Part shown: positions 1 to 12,580 of the stretch, piece by piece | Layout: the number at the start of each line of letters is the position of its first letter | Position numbering within the stretch: position 1 is the first letter of the stretch | DNA from: Heteronotia binoei | Lineage: Eukaryota | Reading direction: 5' to 3' | DNA length: 64,000 nucleotides | NCBI RefSeq assembly: GCF_032191835.1 | Contig: NC_083223.1 | Location: forward strand, 221,154,001 to 221,218,000 | Notes under the pieces: generated by a model | Told to the model about the DNA's origin: nothing | Seen by the model: the letters and a program-made list of their open reading frames with translations, nothing else | Database searches by the model: none | Position numbers and translations under genes: made by a program

Positions 1-700
1 CCAATTAAAAATGCTGTACAAAAATACAGAAAGGGTTGTATTAAACAATCCCGTTTCACTGCTGCTTTGTACAGGATATAGTTTCTGATTAGAGATTAGT
101 AGTCTTATATTTTAGAAGAAAGCCCCAGTCCAAAAGCGACTTTCATAGGATTGCTGCCCCAGAAGTGCAGGGCTAATTTGGGGGTCTATAATTTGCATGC
201 ACAGAAAAAAATAAAAGTGTGTCACCTATGACCTGGAAATATACCTTCTGGCTCAAAACATGCTAACTTTCAGCCAGACACTTCTTAGCTCATCTCTTTG
301 AAATGCCAGACATGATGGTTTGTTGAACTGCGACTGTAGCGGTGCCACACTAGGGAGGGCTGAGGTGAGATTGACATCCTTTCGCTATGTTTTAAATAGC
401 ATACAATTCTCCCAGATGCACCTGTATCTCTGGCTCTACATGCTGACCATTGTTATGAAGTTCATAATTCAATGGGCCTGTGCACTAGGTATGCATGTCA
501 AAGGCACAAATCCATTTTCTTAAGGGAAAAAATGAAAGATTTTAAACTTGCTTTTGATATAGCTATTATGAGGTATAAAAAGTACCACATACTTTTAAAA
601 TTCACAGTAACTTTGCAATTTAACTATGAACTTACTGAAGAGCAAGCCTTGAAACCCAGCAGAGAATCTTCTTCCCTCTTCCCACAAACAGTGACCATGA

Positions 701-897
701 TAAGGTTGCCAGCTTCTGGTTGGGGACTGGAGATCATCCAATATGACAAATAATCTCCAGACAACAGATATGAGTTCCTTGGGAGAAACTGCCCATTTTG
801 GAGGGTGGACTTCATGGGATTATACCTGATGAGGTCCCTCCCTAGGCTCCACCCCCAAAATCTTCAGGTATTTTCCAACCCAGAGCTGGCAACCCTA
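701..897. mobile_element. Short hAT MITE (same family as 5796, 12080, 12581, 18190, 61880 remnants)
   Basis: TAAGGTTGCCAG...CTGGCAACCCTA; shared interior ggagatc...gggtggactc; no TSD recognised. Confidence 0.7.
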
Positions 898-1281
898 CCT
901 ATATTTCAGATATTTTGAAGAAAGCACTTAAAGCCTCTGAAATACAAGCCTGACCTTGCCTGTGCTACAAAGGAATAGTCTCCTTCACTGAGTGAGCTAG
1001 CTTCATTTTCCTGCTATCCCAGTGTGCATAACAAAGAAAGGCAGGAGGTATGTTACCCTTGCTGCAACAATAGCAGCAAAAAATGGCAGCTACAGAGGTG
1101 CTTGTGGGACTCTGTTACCCGCCTGAGGATCCTGACTCATGGGTTAAAGAACTCTCCACTAAAACAGTGTGATTCTAGTTTGGTGCCGCCCATTCTAGGG
1201 ACTGTTATACCTGACAGTGTCGATCAAGTTCCAGAAGAGAAAACAGGGTCACCCACAGCCAAGCCAGAGATTTCTGCATAC

Positions 1282-1434
1282 TCAGGAATTTCCCAAGCAT
1301 GTAGAAAAATGTCTCTGCATTTTTAAAAATGCCTGCAGATGATTGAGCACAATTAGAGACAATGCTGAGGTCAGCTGAACTTTAGTGCAGGCAATGGGGA
1401 GATAAACCTTAAGAGAATCGGCTTGCTCAAGCCA
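1282..1434 (-). CDS. TTBK1: Candidate TTBK1 alternative terminal exon B (WLEQADSLKVYLPIACTKVQLTSALSLIVLNHLQAFLKMQRHFSTCLGNS*), 50 aa + stop
   Basis: Acceptor tatgttcttag|TGG in phase 0, open 50 codons to TGA; non-repetitive sequence; absent from the ORF track because of length. Confidence 0.55.
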   Translation of the reverse strand, partial: WLEQADSLKVYLPIACTKVQLTSALSLIVLNHLQAFLKMQRHFSTCLGNS

Positions 1435-2801
1435 CTAAGAACATATAGAATCCTAGAGGGAGATATTTGGGTTGAGAAGAAATTCCCCAGTGGCTTATTT
1501 CCCCCTCCCCACCCTTTAAATGTGCCCGGAGCTTGGCTAGAAAGCCATTACTAATAAGAAGACTTGCTAAACTACTCCTTGCAGCAGAGGCCTGTCCATT
1601 TCAGAGACCACACTGCTCTTGATCTGAGTGTACACGATCCAGAGTCATATCACCTTTGAATCAGCTCTCAGGTAGAATTTCACCACACCCACAGAGAAGT
1701 GCATGAATTTGCACACAAAGTAAGGAGGAACAAGGATAAGTCTCCTCCTCATAAATCTTTCTGTAAAAGTCCATCTGGCTTTAACAGACTGCTGTAACAT
1801 TCTTCATAATTATTTCTCTATGGAGGACAAACATTACATGAGAACCCAACTTCTCTCCAGGCTTACTATAACTAAGGACTCGGATCTGGAGTGTGGGGGG
1901 GAAGTATAGCAATCTCACCATTTCATGCTACAGTCTGTTTCCTTGTCTCAATTTCATTTACACGGAAAAGAGAAGAACATTATTGCCAACTCATAGTTAC
2001 ATAATCATAAAATCTTGTGACCCTCAGCTTTGGTTTTAGTGAAGAGAGATTTCTATTTGCCTTGGCTGCCCAAAACCCCTTGAAAGTATAGTTGAAAGAA
2101 AGCTCCAATCAAGAGACACTGGTGTTTTTAAATATATATATAAACTTTTTTTTAACAAAAAAAAGCCAATTGTGATTTAAGATCCCTCATAACAAATACA
2201 TCATTAGCTAGCCCCCCAAAAAGGCTAAAAGAAAAAGCTGTGTGGCACAGAATACAAAACCAACTGCTATCCTAGACTTCTTTTCAGAATTTCAAACATT
2301 CCATTTCCTTCCACCAGGAACTAAACTCCTTTAGCTGATGGCTTTTGTTCTGCAGTTCGTATCAGCATCACCAGCACCTCTCTCCTGCTTAAAAAGATCT
2401 ACTTGCATTTGCTTCATAATATCCCATTTTCCATAAAGTCAGAAGGAAATGGAATGTTTAAAATTCTACATTCATTTAGGTCAGCAGAAAATTTGATCCT
2501 GCATGATGATTCACATCAACAGGGGTCATATCCTGCACTGGAATGGGCAGGGGGTTGTATGGCCTTTTGACAAATTAAGTCGCCATTGAGGATGAGGCTT
2601 ACCAAGTTTCATCATGTGACAATGACTCTTTCTAGCCACATAATGGATACTGAAAGGAAATGCGGTTCAAATAGCTAAAGGCAAGCACTACTGTAGCCAA
2701 TTAAAATATTGCCTTTTCATCTTGTCTTATTACACTGACTGATCACACTCTTCTTTTCTTAACCAAACAAGCAGTATTATTGGAATAACTAGGAAAAGGT
2801 A

Positions 2802-3309
2802 TAGGGTTGCCAAGTCCAATTCAAGAAATATCTGGGGACTTTGGGGGTGGAGCCAGGAGACTTTGGGGGTGGAGCCAGGAGCGAGGGTGTGACAAGCTGA
2901 ACTGAACTCCAAAGGGAGTTCTGGCCATCACATTTAAAGGGACGGCACACCTTTTCAATTCCTTCCTTCCATAGGAAATAATGAAGGATAGGGGCACCTT
3001 CTTTTGGGGCTCATAGAATTGAACCCCCTGGTCCAATCTTTTTGAAACTTGGGGAGTATTTTGGGGAGAGGCACTAGATGTGATATTGAAAATTTGGTGC
3101 CTCTACCCCAAAAAACAGCCCCCCCAGAGCCCCAGATACCCACAGATCAATTCTCCATGATTTTGTATGGGAATAAATCTCCATAGGGAATAATAGAGTT
3201 CCCAGAAGACATTTCCTTCCCATCCCCCTGCTTTCTGACTACCTTGAAGCGGGGGGAGAGCCTCCAAACCGGGGGATCCCCTGCCCCCACCTGGGGATTG
3301 GCAACCCTA
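2802..3309. mobile_element. hAT MITE (~0.5 kb)
   Basis: TAGGGTTGCCAA termini; flanks AAAAGGTA / TAAGGGTA (6/8); reverse-complement copy at 57657-58148. Confidence 0.88.
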
Positions 3310-4184
3310 TAAGGGTATTATATCTTCTGGTTCTCCAAAGAATCAGTATAATCACCAGTTCCTGCCGAAAAGGAAATCTAATCAAATCCAGACTAGGCAA
3401 GAGGCAGGCAAGCAGACTCTAAGATCCTGAAACCAGGGTGAGAGGTGGCTAAGGATGAAAACTGTTGCTATACCATCATGCCTGCCAGTCAGAGCTGGGG
3501 AAGAATAAGTGCAGGTGGGTATATGCAGGAGGAATAGACTAAAATAGTTACAGAGTAAAAGCAAAGCCTCAGGGGACCAAGGGATGCAGTTTGTACGTGA
3601 CACACAAGCTGGAATAAAAGTACTGCAGTTAGGGCTGTGTAGGGATAGGCAGCTGTGAATCCTCCTCAGCTCCTGAGCTCTTGACTCAGACTTCTCATGC
3701 ATGAATCAAGAGCTGAGTAAAATGTGAGGGGAAGGCCTCCATATGTGGCCAAGCATCACAGATCAACACACACATTTGCACAGACTTATTTTTTTTCTTT
3801 TTAAACTGGGAAGACAGCTGGATGTGCACTGCCTCTTTCCTCAAGCCCTGCAGTCTCTGTCAGTTCACTGAAGCAGCCCTAAAGTCACCACTCCACAGCT
3901 GCAGGTTGTCACCATGGAGCCCTAATGTAAACCCTTTAGCACATTAATGTCCACTGTTTGTATTCTTATCTTAAATCGTGATGCAGCCTCTAGCCCAGCA
4001 TGTTGGAGAATTAGAAAAGTGGGTGTTCTTAAAGGTCTCTGCATTTTCTTTCAGAGGGGCTTAGAAGTTACAGTACCTTTTAGGCCAAAGTTGTCTGGGA
4101 TTCAGTATTGCATTAAATGGTGACACACGGGGCAGATGGGCTCTATTATTGCATTACAAAGGCTGCTGCTTCCCCCGGCACAGG

Positions 4185-4469
4185 CTATGTTTTGTGTGTG
4201 AAGCGGGCCCACACCTGCTGGAGCTGGGATCTGGAAATGCGGAGGACAGAAGGCATGAGTCTGTGGTTTCCTGCTGTGAGGGGCATGTGCCTGCGGTGGG
4301 GCATGCGCACGGGGCTGCTCTCCGCCGAACGGCTGCGCTGTATGAAAGTGCCGCCAAGGTGAGGGTACTGTTCTGTCTCCAGGGTTGAGGAGGAGAAAAC
4401 GGAGGACGCCAGTCTTCTCAGGGGGCTGTACCTCGGGAGGGAGTGCTGAGAATGCCTGTCCTCCTCCAA
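4185..4469 (-). CDS. TTBK1: TTBK1 alternative terminal exon A (LEEDRHSQHSLPRYSPLRR...QLQQVWARFTHKT*), 94 aa + stop
   Basis: Strong acceptor cttggtctttttcag|TTG in phase 0 with the 21333 donor; TAG at 4187-4185; resembles, from recall, the C-terminus of the short mammalian TTBK1 isoform. Confidence 0.85.
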   Translation of the reverse strand: MEEDRHSQHSLPRYSPLRRLASSVFSSSTLETEQYPHLGGTFIQRSRSAESSPVRMPHRRHMPLTAGNHRLMPSVLRISRSQLQQVWARFTHKT

Positions 4470-5795
4470 CTGAAAAAGACCAAGAAGAGTGGAGGAAAAG
4501 GTGTCAGGCAAAGACTTGACTCGCCCCTGGTTTTGTGCTGTGCATGCTGCAGAAATCTTCACTGGCGGGGAGCAAACACTTGCTTTAGGGGGATATGGCC
4601 TCTGGGTTCACCTCTTACCATGCTAACACATTATTACTTGAAAAAGCCTTTTAGGGGCAAGTTGCACCACAGTACTCTATACTGAGGAATAGAGCTGTAC
4701 TTTCTCCAAAAAGGAGAGAACCTTAATGAGAGCAAGGGGTCATGGTCCTTGCCTTTCCCTCAGTTTGGCTACTTTCCTCACCTGTCATTCACTCTCACCC
4801 GTTTCATTTTTCCAGAGATAGGTTACTGGTTGTTGGGATTCAACTGGACATTTTATTTTACTGCATTTGTTAGAGCAAGTGCTGTGAGCTAAAATTAAGC
4901 ATTAGAAACATCTAATAGTGGAATATTGTCTTAGAAAGATTCAGTCTTTAAGTGAATCAATATGCTATTCCAAGCATTGTGCTACGGGAAGCCACCCCCA
5001 ACATCTTAAGCTGCAGCGCTTCATACGATTGCCAAGAGACTGGCACTGCCAACTTTACAATGACACATTTCATCTATTTATCTAGCATAAATGCACCCTA
5101 AACCCCTGAGCTGCTACAAGTTTCTGAGAGCACAGACACAGATCTTCATTTAAAGCAAGCTGTGCTGGTGTCTACTCTGCAGGTACCTGCATAAAATCTC
5201 TTTCTTCCCTTACTAGGTAGCTTGGTCTTCCCTAGCTCTGTTTCTTTTCCCAAAGCACATACACCAAAATTCACTATTTAGAAATCCTTGACATTTCAAA
5301 ACAGTATGCCACTGAAGTTACAGAAGGCCTTGCCTCCTACCATGAATTGTCCAATCAATTTAAGGACAAAACAGAAAATTCAGGGTAAGGATCCACCCCA
5401 CCCCATATTATAATGCTACATTGCTTAAAATTAGTGTGCAGTTGTAACGTTAACTTTTTCCTAGAATAACAGGACCTTACTGGCTGAAGTTATAGCAAAT
5501 GTTGTGGGACGAGGCCTTCTCTGCAGTGGCATGAAGGCTGTGGAATTTCCTCATTAGGAAAGTTCACCTCAGTGTTTCCCTACTAGCATTTAGGCATCAA
5601 GCCATGAGACTTCTATTCCAGAGAGTCCATGCTGCTAGTGTCAGTTTATTTCATTTATACCCCACCTTTCTACCCATTGGAGACCCAAAGCAGCTTATGT
5701 CATTCTTCTATCCTCCCTTTTATCTTTACAACCCTCTGAGGTAGGTTACACTGAGATTGTGTGACTGGCGCAAGGTCATCTAGCAAGCTTCCACA

Positions 5796-6098
5796 TAGAG
5801 TTGCCAGCCTCCAGGTGGGGCCTGGAGATCTTTTAGGGGCAAGTGGCATCACTGAGGAACAGACCTGTACTTTCTCGAATAAGGAGAGAACCTTAATGAG
5901 AGCAAGGAGCCATGGCCAGTTGGCCACAGCTTTTGCAACTGATCTCCAGCCGGCAAAGATCAGCTCCCCTGGAGAAAATGCCTGCTTTGAAGGGTGGACT
6001 CTATGGCATTCTACCATGCTGAGGCCACTCCTCTCCCCAAACCCCAGATCCACCCTTAAAGTTTCCAAGTATTTTCCAATACAGACCTGGCAACCCTA
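5796..6098. mobile_element. Short hAT MITE with an internal foreign insert, itself inside an older SINE
   Basis: TAGAGTTGCCAG...CTGGCAACCCTA; TSD CTTCCACA / CTTCAACA. Confidence 0.85.
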
Positions 6099-7934
6099 CT
6101 TCAACAACAGACTGGAGGTGCAAGGCTGACCTATCTCTCAGATCCTAAAATGACATTTTAAGCAGTAGTACAACCCACTGGCTCCATTAATATATTGTTT
6201 TATTTTGTTAGCTATCTTTGTCTTAATGGTTTTAATTTATATTGTGGTATATTTATTTTACTAAATTGTTATCTGCCTGTAGTTCAAAAGCCAAAAGTGA
6301 AACAAACATATTAATAAATAAAATATATTACAACTTAGTCCTCAGCTGAGACAAAGGGGAGATAGAAAGGGCAGTTTTCAGCATATGAATCTAATGGATT
6401 CTAAAATGCAACCACTGCAGAAAACTCAGCTATTTGACAACTGATTTGCTCAAAGGACCTGGTCTCCCTGCTACTCCAATCAATCAATCAAATGCCTGGG
6501 TGGAAGGAATCAAAGCTCCTCAGTCTAGGAGCAAGATCTAAATCCTTGTCAATGGAAAATCTCCTGAAAGTTCCAGATGACATCCCCCAAGCAATTTGTG
6601 CTAATACCATTGCTTTCTTTTGAGCAGTAACGCAGTTCTAGGAGGCTTGGTATGGGGTGTGGCCTAATATGCAAATGAGTCCCTGCTGGGCTTTTTCTAC
6701 TAAAACCCCTGCGTGAAACATGGTGATGTCAGGGGGTATGAAACATGGTGATGTCATTGGTCTAATGTGCAAATGATTATTGCAAAAAAGCCCTGCCTAA
6801 TCTTTTTACATTCTTACAGAAAGTAGTGGGTAAAAATAATGCTTTCTGCAGCTGAAGACCACTGGCTTTGGTTGGCCCTCAAGTAACAACTATTGGCTTC
6901 TATGCCCCAACTATGGCATCTGTGCGAAGCAGCATGCTGGATAAGGTGGTCTCTTCCAGCAGTGATTACATTTTATTGCTTCTCTGAATCTTCTTTTCAG
7001 GGGGATGCATGTACTACTTTCTTCAAATATTACTTGAAGTACTTCCTTCAAATAGTACATCATCTTTACTAGTGACCCTAGTCCTTCTCCTCTTTGCCTA
7101 ATGATGTCTAAAATCTAGACAGAGACCTAACTACTGGCAGTTACAGCAGTTGAAACCTCCTCCTTGTTAACTACTTCTGTTAGCAACTGGACCACACATT
7201 TATTTTCCTTTTTATCAACAGATATATACTGCTGCATCATGTTCAATCTAACTTCTGGTTTATATTATGGATCACGTCATACTAAATTTGCTATGAGAGG
7301 GACAGTGAGCAAAAATCATCACAGTGTCATTCTGTCATATGTGCCTCAAAGGTCTGCCCCCAAACTAGCAGTCCTGATCACATCACTAAATGGCCACAGT
7401 ATTTGAACCATGGTTGCCCGGTTTCCATTTCCACGAGTCCTCTCACCCCCTTTGTCAGCTCTTTATGCTGCTGCACAGTAGGGCAACACTTTTTTGGGGG
7501 GGGAGGGGTTGATGAGCAGAGTTCTGATGCGATGCCAGTTATGCCACAACTGGAAGTGATGCCATTGTGTTGTTAGTGAAACTCTAGCATTCAGTCATAG
7601 CTCTATGGTTGAACCATGGAATTCTCGCTGAATGCTAGAGCATCACTGGTGAGTCGTGGCAACACAATTCCATTGCTTCCACTCATGCTAGCAGTGACAT
7701 CATTGCATCACCTGCAATGTCTTTACATCACCAACAAGCCCTCCCACCCATGTGACTTTTCTACTGGTTGCTGGCTGACAACCCCAATTTGAATGAATGC
7801 AATCTAATCAGATAGTTTGCAGAAGAAATGCAAGACTCCCGCTGGAGGAGAATGAGGAGGGTAAAGAAGAATCAGGAAAAATTGAAATAACAAGAATAGA
7901 TCACCTATGACTTTACTGAACTTTCCTTCTACAG

Positions 7935-8080
7935 TTAGAACATAAGAACATAAGAGAAGCCATGTTGGATCAGGCCAATGGCCCATCCAGTTCAACACTC
8001 TGTGTCACACAGTGACCAATACACACACACACACACTGTGGCTAATAGCCACTGATGGACCTCCGCTCCATATTTTTGCT
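7935..8080 (-). mobile_element. CR1 extreme 3' end fragment
   Basis: cataagaacataagagaagccatgttggatcaggcc... near-identical to the other CR1 tails. Confidence 0.9.
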
Positions 8081-8722
8081 CATGTCTATAAAGCTACCTG
8101 TAGTATATTGGCCTCTTTGGTTTGCTGTACAGGTGGTGTTGGAGCTCAACCCTTATGTAGGCTCATGACGCCTCATATTCAGTTTTATTTTTTTTCTTGC
8201 AGGCAGTTGCATCCGTTCAAATTATGTTGTATTTTATGATCTACAATGAAGCTGACATTTTTCTTTTCGGAATGACCTCTCCTTTCAGAGAACTTAACAC
8301 TGGCAATTAAGGTGGGAGCAGAAATCCCACCACCACCACCGGTGGATTAAAGCAAGTATGGAATTGTGGTGAAGTTATTGCCTGGACTGTGTAGAAATTA
8401 CTTCAGAATACCCTTCAGTCAGTTGGAAATTTCGGGGGCATGGCAACTCAGGATATATGGAAGAATTTGATCCTGCATATTCCAGTAAGTGGGGAAATTA
8501 TGCAGCTAGATTGGAGTTTGGTTTAACAACATCACAGAGCCAGAAAGGAAACATACTGTGTTACTCAGCGTCGGCAGCACAGATATTTTTGATTTAGCCT
8601 TTTAGCACCAGCTAAGCTTGCTGACACACCTTATAGGGACATTTTGACTATCCTGGGAGAACATTTATCACCACAGCCTTCTGAGATAGCACAACACAAT
8701 GTTTTCTGCAAGTGCAACCAGA

Positions 8723-8821
8723 AGAAGATGATGATGATATTGGATTTATATCCCACCCTCCACTCCAAAGAGTCTCAGAGCGGCTCACAATCTCCTTTAC
8801 CTTCCTCCCCCACAACAGAAA
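8723..8821 (-). mobile_element. 3' fragment of the same SINE family abutting the Gypsy relic
   Basis: ATATTGGATTTATATCCCACCCTCCACTCC... matches 27340-27425. Confidence 0.8.
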
Positions 8822-11480
8822 GTGTTTCTACCTATGTATATTGCTGAATTGTGACGGCTGGCACACCATTGCAGTTTTCCAGTTTTAGAGATGTAAAGTG
8901 ACCGTTTGGTCTGTGACTTGCATGATAAAGGTATCTGTTTGCAAAGAAATAGCTTATGTTTCAAAATGCACAAGAAGCAGCATTGGCCTCTGAGGCAGCA
9001 GCACTAGACACAAGGAAAGTGTGGCTGGCAAGGAGTCTACCTTGTCCTCAAATTCATTTGACCAGAAGTTCTGATTTGCAGGTGGTGGATATTCATAGGG
9101 TGCAGTACAACAGCCCTCCAACCAAAATGAATGTTGTGGGAAATCAGAGGTTCCTTCTAGTGCCATCAGTGAAGTGCAACAGTTGTGGAGGACATCATGA
9201 AAGTCTGTCCTCCCAATTTAGAGATGTGCAATGTTGTTTTTGCAAGTATTTTAGGCATTTTGAGCAAGTGTGTAGGGCTAAAGAAAAGCAAGCTATTTCC
9301 AGGAAAATAGCAGAAAGGAAGCCCCCAAGTCATTATACCATACACTCTGTACAAGCGTTATATGATGAAGCAGAGAATATTGTTAACCATATTTAGCTCA
9401 GTGCAGAGAAAAAAATGACAGCAACTGTTACTATCCAGGGTGTTCCAAGTGTTATGGAAGTGGTCTTTGGGCTAGGTTTCTCTATTATCTCATCAGAGAC
9501 TTATCACCAGATTTTTCCACAGATTGTTCCTTTCCATGCCCAGCTTACTGACTATCACAGAAATAAGGTGAAGGTACAAGGCATCTGTGAAATTGAAGTG
9601 CAGTACTTTATGGCTACTGGTTGTTTATAGTCAGTGCACTAGTCTCCTTGGGCCAGACTAGGTTTGCCAATCCCCAGGTCCCAGCAAGGGATCTCCTGGT
9701 TTTGCAGGATCCTTCAGCTGGCTCCAGTCAGCTGGCTGGCAAAGGGGAAGCCCTGCCCAAGCAGCCACCATGTGCCTTTCCACCTTGGAAGGCTAGAAGA
9801 AGCTTGGAAACTACTTGCTTTTTGGAAGGTGTGTGTGCCTTTAAATCTGTAGAAGCCAGGCTGGATAGGGGTGGAGCAAGCTGGCAGAACAACAGTGGCT
9901 GCACCTAGTAAGCTGTGAGTAAGAAAGGGAAACTAGCCCAGTCTTATATGTTTTATATTCCTTTCAAAAGTCATTTGCACAGTAAAATAGAGAGTAAAAT
10001 AGAGAGTAAATAGTAAACTAGAAGCTTTGTTTCCCTGTGTTAGTCTAAAGAACTTGGCTGAATATACAGCAGATAGTTACATTCAACAGCTCCATGTGTA
10101 AATTGCCCCAGTAAGATCACAAAAGTGTGTGCTTGCAAATTGTTTGTTTTGGCTGCTTTGCGTGTGTATATGGGGGAGGAGGGGAAGGAAGGAGGATGTG
10201 CAGCTGATGGAGGATGAGAAAATGAAGACAGTATTCAGGGTAACAGCACTGCTGTATTTTGATTTATTTAATTTAGGGAATGTGAAAGTCTCCCGGCTCT
10301 ACCCCCAAAGTCTACTGGCTCCACCCTCAAAGTCCCCAGATGTTTTTTGAGTTAGACTTGGCAACCCTAGGCTGGACTAGGTTGAGCCTTTGGAGATTAC
10401 AATTACATGCTTCCATCAAGTTAATGATTCATCCTTTAATGATATTACTTTGAGTTTAAGGCTGTATCTGCTGAGCGGTTAGGGTAGTATAAGGGACCAT
10501 TTGTTTCACTCGTCCTGGATCCTACTGTGGTATCTATTCAGATGAAGGCTTGCAGTGTCCCATTTGCACTTCAAGAAAAGATTGATGCTGAACTTGATCA
10601 TCTGTTGGAGCAAAGCATACTAGAGCCAGTGACACATCCTACTTGGGAGACACCAACTGTCACATCAATGAAGGCTAATGGGGACATTTGTATTTTGGTG
10701 ACTATAAAGGTTGCTTACATTACAAAGCCTTGCAGCAGCATCCATACCTAATTCTAGTGGTGAGTCATCTTCTGGCTTCCCAGTTGGGGGAAGAGTTTTT
10801 GTTAAATAAGACTTGGCACAGGCCTATCAACAGTTGTTGGTGGATGATGCTGCAACTGATGCCTAAACTATTATCCACTCATCATGGGGCTTTCAAAGTA
10901 CAGCGCCTTCAGTTTGGAGTTTGTGCGGCTCCTGGTATTTTTCCGAAACTTATAGAGGACATTTTTAAGGAAATTTCTGGTATGGTACCATATTTTGATG
11001 ATATCCTTATTGCTGGTGTATCCACTGAGGAATTTCCAACATGGGTACATGAGGTGTTGCATCATTTTGTGGATGCTGGGCTCCATGTTAAATGTGAGAG
11101 GCGTGTTTGGTGAATCTCAGGTTGAGTACCTTGACTACCTTATAGATGCAGATGGTATTCACCCTACTCCAGCTAAGGTTAAAGCAATCCATGATGCCCC
11201 CACGCCACAGACTAAACAAGAACTTTAAGCATTTGGGAGACTTCTTACTTGTGATGCTTCCCCATATGATACTAAGGCTGTTCTGAGCCATCGAGTTGTA
11301 GATTCTCGTGAGGCCCATATTTCATTCTACTCTAGAACAACAAATACAACTGAATGGAATTATGCACAGCTTGATAAGAAAGTTCTTGCAATTGTAGTAG
11401 GTGTGAAAAAATTCCACAATTATGTTTACGGTTGACCATTCATCATAGTCACTGACCATAAACTGTTGCTCAGCCCTTAA
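8822..11480 (+). mobile_element. Degraded Gypsy LTR-retrotransposon internal region (gag Zn knuckles, protease, RT, partial RNase H), interrupted by a hAT MITE
   Basis: C-x2-C-x-H-like knuckles (CNSCGGHH, CCFCKYFRHFEQVC), RT segments VPFALQEKIDAELDHL, FGVCAAPGIF, YFDDILI, RNase H CDASPY and YAQLDKKVLAIV; many stops; no LTRs recognised. Confidence 0.88.
9659..10369. mobile_element. Non-autonomous hAT element inserted in the Gypsy relic
   Basis: TAGGTTTGCCAA...TTGGCAACCCTA; TSD GGCCAGAC / GGCTGGAC; interior homologous to 50632-51208. Confidence 0.85.
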
Positions 11481-12580
11481 TTAGGCTGATTACATTCCAT
11501 GCCTCATACTCAGTTTCAGTTTTTCTTGCTGGCAATGGCAGTTGTTTGAAGGACACTGTATTTTATGGATCTACGATAAAGTTGTCATTTTTATCTTCTT
11601 GGAGTGGCTTCTCCTTTCAGAGAATTTAACACTACCTGCTACCTTTTCCCTAAGTAGGGCTGACAACCTCCAGGTGCCTTGAGCCATTCTGAGTGTAGTG
11701 CCAGTTTGAAATTTTAGTGGAGATTTTTTGTCCCATTTTTCTATTGGAAATTCTTCTGCAGTATAGTGACACATAAGAAACCATCAGTATATTTTTCTGA
11801 GCATTTGTCCTTTGGTTGATGTACTATTTGTGGAGCATCCTTTGCTGGAAGAAGACTTGAAACAGGAGTAACCAAGTTGACTTCCTGTACATCAGGACTC
11901 CGTGGACAGAATTGTGGAATTTTGGGAATAGAAATTTGGGAATTGTTTTTCAGTCTTTAATTGACGTTTCAGTCTTTAAATGAATTTATATTGTGTGTTT
12001 GATGTAATATAGTAGTAATCCAGTCACTATAACTTTTGTTGTGTGTTTATATCCCGTAAGTGACCTCTCTCTGCTTGACTAACCTCCAGGTGAAGCCTGG
12101 CATTCTCCCAGAATTGCAACAGATCTCCAGACTACAGGGATCCTTTTTTTGGGGAGGGAATGGCTGCTTTGAGGGGCAGACTCATGGCATACCATAGAAA
12201 CCAGGAGAAACTGAAGTGTAGAATGACAAGACATTTCTGTTGAGCTCCCTCTCTTCTTCAGACTCTACACTCCTCGGGCACTACTCCCTAATCTCCAGGA
12301 TTTTGCTAAACTGGAATTGGCAACCATATTCTTGAAGTTCTTCTGCCCCACTTCCAATTTAATCTCTCAGTGACAGGTTCCTGCATCACTGAGTTTGTCA
12401 TCAGGACACAACAAAGACAAGTAACAATCACTCAGCCTCCAATTTTAATCTACAAAATAGTAATCTACTTGGCCAGGCTAAATTGAAGACAAACACTCAC
12501 AGAAAAACATAGCCAGGAAGTGGACAGAGAGACAAGGAGCCAAGGCCTGGGACAAGAGGCTTTGAAAAAGAGGACAAGAC

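Noticed and set aside
1435-1446. CR1 tail-like TAAGAACATA at the exon B acceptor
   Set aside because: Only 10 nt with no further CR1 sequence; cannot be distinguished from chance.
8600-11700. Intact LTR retrotransposon
   Set aside because: Multiple stops/frameshifts, RT-RNase H deletion, no integrase or paired LTRs recognised.
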